A DNA stretch of 64,000 bases from Octopus vulgaris (taxonomy: Eukaryota). Shown here one piece after another: positions 56,355-64,000 of this stretch. Within the stretch, counting starts at the first letter, position 1. Every line of letters begins with the position of its first letter. Both the position numbers and the translations under genes were made by a program. The DNA lies in the NCBI GenBank assembly GCA_951406725.2, contig OX597817.1, positions 129,642,001 to 129,706,000 on the forward strand, given 5' to 3'. The notes under the pieces are model-generated. The model was not told the origin of the DNA and made no database searches. It worked only from the letters and a program-made list of their open reading frames with translations.

Positions 56355-56582
56355 GGGATTATATCCAAACTTACAAGGGAAAATTAGATTTAGGATTAAA
56401 TCAAATTTCACAGTATAAAAAATATTTAACATAATATATGGGTTGTATGACATAATCCTAATGTTTTAAGTTTCTAATTTAGATAATAGGGTTTTTTTTA
56501 TAAGAAAAATTATTATTTTATTTATTGCTTAAAAAATATTGTTTAACTCTATTTGCTTATTTATTTAACTATTATCATTAAC

Positions 56583-56665
56583 CTGAAGATTGACTATAAT
56601 TTTAATTCGAATTTAAACTTAATTGTAATTCGAACTTAATTATAGCCATGAAACGTACGTAGTGT
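56583..56665 (+). ncRNA. Decayed hammerhead motif with long stem II
   Basis: CTGAAGA-t-tgactataatt...aattatagcca-t-GAAAC-GTAC-GTA; the stem III region ACGTACGT is palindromic; stem I is weak. Confidence 0.5.
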
Positions 56666-58421
56666 TTTTACTTATTATATTATATTTATCTTTTTTATAC
56701 TTTTTGGTCAATAAAAAAACCCACCACCGCTTTCACAACCGGTGATGATGTGTTTATGGTCCCGTTACTTAGCGGTTCGGAAAAAGTAACTGTTAGAATA
56801 AGTAGTAAGATTTATTTGACTAAAATCCTTCAAGGCGGTGCCCCAGCATGGCCGGAGTGAAATGACTGAAGTAAAAAATTAAAGGTAAAAGGTAAATGAG
56901 TTGTATATCAAGAGAGTATCGTAAGCACCACCCCGGCCATTTTCGAGGTTAGTATATCATTTTCTTTGTCTCGACGCCTAGAATCCGAAAAAGTTGGGAG
57001 GAAGAATCGGTGAGGTTTGCAATAAGGTCGAAAATCCGGCTGAAAAATTTGTACCTTGACGCTATTGACGCGACGCTCGCTCACACAAACTCGGACCGGA
57101 GAGTTTAGTAATACACCATCGTAAGCACACACGCTCAATCAATAGCTTTGGTGTGGTCTCTGTATCGTTTCTCGAGGTTTTATGGCTCATATTCTAATAT
57201 TCCTCGTTACCATCGAAACGATAATGGGCTATTATCTTACTATCTTGTCTTACTTACCTCTTAAAGATACTTACCTTGGTATATTAAAACACAAACAATA
57301 CGTTTGGGGACTCTCTGTATGTTTTTTCTAGGTATTGTGACTAAAATATGCAATGCAATACACCGTTTCCTAGTACTGGTATATTCTACAAAGTAAGATA
57401 GACGCAGTCATTGTTTCATCTCTCAGATGCATACATAAATAAATAATTTTACGTGGAATGATTAGAAGAGGTTTCCACGACCATTTAAAAACCAAAATCA
57501 GCTTCCTAACTTCATTCCTTGTCGAGATATCGCATTCTGAAAGTCACGAAACTTAGCGTTTTTCTCGGTTTTTAAGTTGTGCCGCTTACGATGTCTGTTA
57601 CTAAATATCTTAGGTTATTTTTTAAAATAATTTACATGCATAAGTCTTGTTTTCTTTTATTTACTTATTTGCCTTTCGTTGTCTATTTTAATTGATGATG
57701 CTATTGTTATTGCTGTTGTCGTTGTTGTGATAACGACGGACAAATCGTTGATCAGATTATTACATTTAAATTGTTTGTTTTTCAAAGGTATTGAAATAAG
57801 AAGCAAAAAAAAAAAAAAAACTAAAAAAAGATCCTACCATTCTCCTTGTCTCCAGTACGCATGAAAAAAGAAAAAACTTTTCTACCGCCGTCCTCTCGGA
57901 GACGGTGCCACCCACTTTGAGAAGCAATACTCTGATGATTCTACCAATCCCCTATAGCAATAACAATAGCAACATCATCACTACCAGCAGCAGCAGCACC
58001 ACCACCACCAGCAGCACCATCAGCACCGCCACCAGAACCCACCAGCACCACCAGCACCAGCACCAGCACCACCAGCAGCACCACTACCACCACCACCAGC
58101 AACAACAACAATAACACCCAAATCTCACGCAAAGTTCCCCCTACCGTCTAAAATCGGGAAGAACACATTGGGTTATTCACGCCTAGACACGATTTGCCTA
58201 TCTGTCTGATATATAAGACAGGATAGTAGAGTAATCCCTCGAATATTGCGGGTGTTACGTTCCCAACCAACCCGCGATAGGCGGAAGTCCGCGAAGTAGA
58301 AACAGTACTGTACTTTATATTTTTATTTTTATAATTTGTATATCGATGTAAGCTTAAATAATAAAACTCGATAGGTGAACCGTGATATGACGAGGGATTA
58401 CTGTGTGTGTGTGTGTGTGTT

Positions 58422-58463
<42 letters not shown>

Positions 58464-58698
58464 AAGGTGCAGAAATGGCGTACTCCGAATGAATAAGGTT
58501 ATGTAATCCGATGGTAGAAAGAATTCCGCGAATTAGGTGCTCCAAAGTCAGTCAGAAGGACGAGGGTCTGTGTGAGCGTGCGGTAAGTATTTAGTCCAAA
58601 CAACGGAGAAAACAATAAAATTAAGGGAAAAAACAAGAATGCGAGTACGTGGTACATGCAAAATATTAATAAGGCTCTTTGAGATGGAAAGAAAGGAT

Positions 58699-58733
58699 GT
58701 TTTACGTTTCGGGTAGAGTTCTTCTTCAGAAAC
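58699..58733 (-). ncRNA. Minimal type I hammerhead motif (core intact, stem II decayed)
   Basis: gttt-CTGAAGA-a-gaactctaccc-GAAAC-GTA-aaac. Confidence 0.5.
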
Positions 58734-59825
58734 AGGAGACAGGAAAGTTATCTTCACCCCACCATCTTTTATTAATCTATTTATTTTATTTTCGAGATTG
58801 ATATTGATCCTAGTTTAATTAATCAAGTACTGAAATAATTTATTGCGTATGTCCTTTCTCAAAGTGTGGCCTTTTGTGGCCGATATAATAAAGTACGAAT
58901 CAAGTACTGGTTTGATATAATGGACTAATATTTACCCCTACCAACTAAATTTAAGGTCTTGTGCCTATATCTTAGCGAGCGGTAGAACCAGTCAAGTTCT
59001 GAGGTGGAGGATATCAGCTAGCCCCATTCCCCAAATTTCAGGCCTTTTGCTTAAGCCTCTAACAATTGTTATAAAAGATGGTGAACTGAGAGAGTCGTTA
59101 GAAAGCCGGGGAAAATTCTGTAATATTTGTTCCAGCTCTTTAATTTCCGAGTTCAAATCCCGCTGAAATCAAATTTATCATTCATTCTTTCGGGTTCAAT
59201 AAAATAAAGTAGTAGCTTTATTTTATTGTTGCTTCCGTAGCATCCCTATCCTTATCAGCCTGGTTGTTCACAGGAGTAGGGGATCCATTCTTTTGAGGAA
59301 CCATTTTGCTTATCCTTTCGGAGTTGATAAAATAAGTACCAGCTGAATACTGGTGGTCGATGTAATCGACTTAGCCCCTTGCCAACTAATGTTGGCCTTG
59401 TGCTAAAATTTGAAACAAATATACTAGGTGAAACATTAAATCTGAAAAACAAATAAACAAAAATATATAAATAGATAAATAAATAAATAACGTAATCCAG
59501 AAGAAATGGACGCCAGTGGAATGCCTTTTGATCATCGGTCTACATAATTCAAACAACATCGTAAACAGTAGCGACGACGACGACGACATCAACAATAACT
59601 GTATAATGCTTTAGTTTATAAATCAAACGAGATACAAACACGAACGATATGTGCGAAACAGGAAGAACAAAATGTAAGATTGAGATTGGGAGTGACATTT
59701 GATCCTGTTTCATCATAAATGTCTTTTGTTAGCCATTTCTGGCTGTTGACGCACTACATTAGCAAATAAAAAACCACTAAAATGACATAACCCCGTCACT
59801 AAACACAAGAGCAAATTTAAACACG

Positions 59826-59890
<65 letters not shown>

Positions 59891-60008
59891 AAATATATAT
59901 ATCTATATCTATCTATCTATCTATATATATATATATATATATATTTGTAAATATATACATGCATACATACATATATATTTACACAGACACACACACTCAC
60001 ACACATAT

Positions 60009-60052
<44 letters not shown>

Positions 60053-60904
60053 ACACACACAGACACACATATTGTGGAGAGAGAGAATAAGAGAGGAAGA
60101 AAGAGAGAGAGAGAGAGAGAGAAAAGAGAGAAAGAGAAGAGAGTAAAAGGGGATAGATTCAGCTAAACCAGGAACAGCGTCTACTGAGTTTGACAGGAGA
60201 AACAAGAAGAATAACAGATGGTAAGATTGGTAAAGTACTGTTCAGGCGTACCAAGAGGCAAGAAGGTTATCTCTGTTGTATGCTATATGTAGGATGATAT
60301 AATACAACTCCTCACGATAGGCTGTTATTTAGTTTAGATGACTAAACTCACGTCAGTCACCTTTTGCTAGGCTCCTTTTAACTTCCCGTTGAGTTCCCAT
60401 GTCTCCTCCGTCTTGTTGCTAATTTGGGATTATGTTTTGGGCTTTAATTTATAAACTTATAACCCCTTACGTTCTATCAATAAGCCAGCACAGTGCGTGA
60501 GTGAGTGAGCGACTGGAGAATATTTTGTTGCTGACTCACACAGAAATACGGAAAAGAGGGCAGAGTAGAGAAGAGTAGGATGAGCAGATAGAGTTGAAGA
60601 CGGACAAGGTAGTGTAGGGTTGTATATGTATCTTTAATCTTGTGCTTGTTTCAATCATTGGACTGCAGCCATGTTGGGGTACCACCTTGGAGGATGTAAT
60701 CGAACAAATCAACGCCAGTACTTATTTTTTTGTTTAAATTTCATCTCGTTTTTGTCGGATTCTTTTGCCGAGCTGTTAAGTCACGGGGCGTGATCAAACT
60801 AACACCAGTTGTCAAGCGATGGTGTGGGGAAAACAAACAGAGAGAAAGACATACAATCACATACATACACCATAGAAGTCAGCTGTCCTGCTGATGTGAA
60901 AATG

Positions 60905-61685
60905 TTTTTGAAAGTCAAATGGAAAGGGGACAACTATGGGTGTAATTGTTGATAACAATCTTAGTTGAAGTGCCCACATCAACAATAAGGTCGATATAGC
61001 TCGTAGGATGAGCTCCTGGATCTTAAGAACCTTCCGGTCCAGAGAACAAGGTGTCATCATTCCACTTTTCTCGTCCTTTGTACGAACACACCTCGAATAC
61101 TGCTGCCCCTAGTGGTCTCCCCATACAAAACAAAACATCTCGAGGATTGAATCACCCCAGAGGGCACTCACGAATTGAAGGCATGACTGACTGATCTCGA
61201 TTACAGGGACCGCCTTAAAGCCTTGAAATTCTATTCTCTCCAGCGCCGCCGCGTGCGGAACATCATTTGCACAATATGGAGAATATATCGCTAGCATTGC
61301 CCAAACGATCTAAACATTAGTTTCAAGGTTCATCCAAGGTTGGGACCACGGGCCATACGTCCCCTGCCCAATTCAGATATAGGTACACTGCGACATAATT
61401 TCTTTTTCTCAACAGGCCCTGCCCTGTTTAACATTGTCCCAAAACTGATTAAAGAGGAAAAGGATCCCATCACCTTTAAACGGAGTCTGGACAGATTTCT
61501 TCAAGGTATACAGGATAAGCCACCCATACCTGGATACAACTCACTCAACAAGAACTCACTACGTGAATGGACCATAAACAAAACTTGACTTAAAAAGGAT
61601 TTAGACAATCCTATCAGGTGGTGCTATTAAGTTAGACATGACCTGGACCAATCTTTGGTCCAAACATATCTAAGGTTTATCTAAG
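60905..61685 (+). mobile_element. CR1-like LINE 3' fragment
   Basis: GVIVDNNLS*SAHINNKV...ILRTF...FVRTHLEYCCP*WSPH...LKFYSLQRRR...GPALFNIVP...FKRSLDRFL. Confidence 0.88.
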
Positions 61686-62294
61686 TTATATATATATATA
61701 TATATATATATATAACTTAATAGCACCACCTGACAGGATTATATATCTATATCTATATATATATAACTATAATAACGATAGAGAATATGGAGACTGGTAC
61801 ATAGTTCAAAACTTATTTCCAGCTCGAAGCTGGACAGAAAATTATGACTGGTTGCATATGCAACTGTTCATACTCTGTGCAGTGGACGCAAGTGTAGGTC
61901 GTGGCAACCATAAAAATATACTGTATAACAAAGTAAAATAAAGCGAAATAAATTTTGAGGATGTGCCAATCTCCATATTCTCTGTCGTTATATTGCAAAT
62001 ATACACTCCAGATAAAATTACCATCTAGTGAAGCGAATGAGGAATTACGCCTCGGAGGAATTTACGGCGTGAGTGACAACTCCTAGTAGCCATAGATGTT
62101 GAATACTAATTTATGCGGTTAGCAGTAACCTGGAACATAACTGAGAGATACCACAATAACCACCTCGATAATATATCCCTACTCGTCTAGCCAGAGGGCT
62201 GGTATCATTCAAAAGCTACAGCAGTGCAATAAAGCGCATTGTGATCAGAGGTGTATAACAACATCGGATAGACTGGTCGATATTTTGATACAAT

Positions 62295-62340
<46 letters not shown>

Positions 62341-63803
62341 CATACGACAAGCTTCCAGACAGCAAATTCGCTCACAGGGCATTGGTCGTCCCGGAGCAAT
62401 AGTCTGTAACAGGATCTATAAATCTCGGATACGTCTGAATTCCTGTATGAGACGACACTGTAGAACATCGAACTGAGAACTCTGTACAGCTATGACCTGC
62501 TGAATCTCCATTTGCCGAAGCAAAGCGACGACAGAGTCTAATACAAAACATATAATACATATAAATATGTGTATGCTTGCAGGCATATATGTGACTCTTA
62601 ATATACTTGTTATGTATATGTGTAAGCATATATCTATACAGATGTGTAGATGAAATGGGTATTGTTTCCGAGGGTGGTGTACTGAGGTAATTGTGTGTTC
62701 TGTGAATTGAAACTTAAACCTACATATAGACCCATTCCTACAACGATGTATTTGAGAGATTGTTGGACCCTCCTGGGATCATGAAATCTTTTCAAAGTTT
62801 TATATCACACACTACTTAACCTTTCACCATAATATCAAATGAGACGGCTTGACTATACTAACCTTTAAACTTATCTCTTTCTCTACTCCTCTTTCTCTGC
62901 TTCTCTATTTGTCTTTCTCTCTCTCTCTCTCTGTCTCCCCCTCTCTCTCTGTCTCCTCTCTCTCTCTCTCTATCTCTTTCTCAATCTTTCACTCACACAC
63001 TCTCATATAGACATTCTCCTTCTCTGTCACTCTCCTTCTCAAAACAAACCTTTTCTTTTCTCCTAGTCTCGTATGAAATAAAAAGCTTCCTTTTACTATA
63101 ACATCTTATATACTTCTCTTCCATTTGTTTGTCTGTCTTCTTATCTATCTCTCCCTGCCTGTGTATACATACATACATACATACATACATACATACATAC
63201 ATACATACATACATACATACATACATACATACATACATACATGCATTTATACACACATAAACGTTTGTGTATAAAATATTGTTATACGCTTAAAACTATA
63301 AATTATATGTATGTAAATCTATCTATCTATCGTATACTTACAAAAAAACACGCACACACATTATGTATACATATAGACATTCAGACATACACACACACGC
63401 AGACACACGCATATATATGTATATATGTATGCATGTATATAAATACACACGCACACACATATACAAGCATAGTTATATATTCGTGCGTATGTATATTTGT
63501 TCGTATGTGTACAAATATTGATAAACGGTAAGGTAGATGACAACATCATTTACTGATAAAAGCGCCATTCCTCCGGGTCCCCCTATCTGATAAATTACCC
63601 ATACTGCTAGACTTTTATTATCAGAAGGATCCAATAGACTTTAGTCATTACATTCCTATAATAACAGCAATGCAATATGGTAGAGTTTATTTTTAAATTC
63701 ATCTCATCATCGGTGGTCTATTTCTAGAACTTCAGACATCTTTACGTATGGTTGTATAAGTGAGTGTGTGTGTGTGTTGTATTTGTATAAATATGAATAT
63801 ATG

Positions 63804-63875
<72 letters not shown>

Positions 63876-63882
63876 CATATAC

Positions 63883-63914
<32 letters not shown>

Positions 63915-64000
63915 GTATGTATGTATGAATGTATGAATGTATATATATATGTATGTATGTATATATACATATATATACATATATATATGTATATATATAT

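Noticed and set aside
56910-57600. Possible DNA transposon with ATCGTAAGC / GCTTACGAT ends, or a minus-strand exon with donors near 57255 and 57272
   Set aside because: The inverted match is only 9 bp, no target-site duplication is seen, and there is no open frame upstream of the donors.

Overview
AT-rich, microsatellite-dense animal genomic DNA. The SINE families look like those of Octopus/cephalopods; this is recognition from memory, not a database result. Nearly all ORFs in the supplied track are microsatellite artefacts or transposon remnants. One intact gene can be assembled by hand. It is a four-exon minus-strand gene (CDS 15475-15463, 13469-13297, 10702-10621, 7871-7714) with a TATA box, canonical GT-AG junctions in compatible phases, a stop codon and AATAAA. 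It encodes a 141-aa secreted protein with a cationic amphipathic helix and a 4-Cys domain that loosely resembles anti-lipopolysaccharide factors. A second, weaker candidate is a Cys-rich cationic terminal exon at 29562-29420. The rest is transposon debris: R4/Dong, CR1-like and RTE-like LINEs, Penelope-like elements whose terminal repeats carry minimal hammerhead-ribozyme motifs, Tigger/pogo, mariner, piggyBac, MITEs and four SINE families. There is also a striking density of local inverted duplications, from 12-bp arms up to a ~4.8-kb palindrome at 32320-37120.
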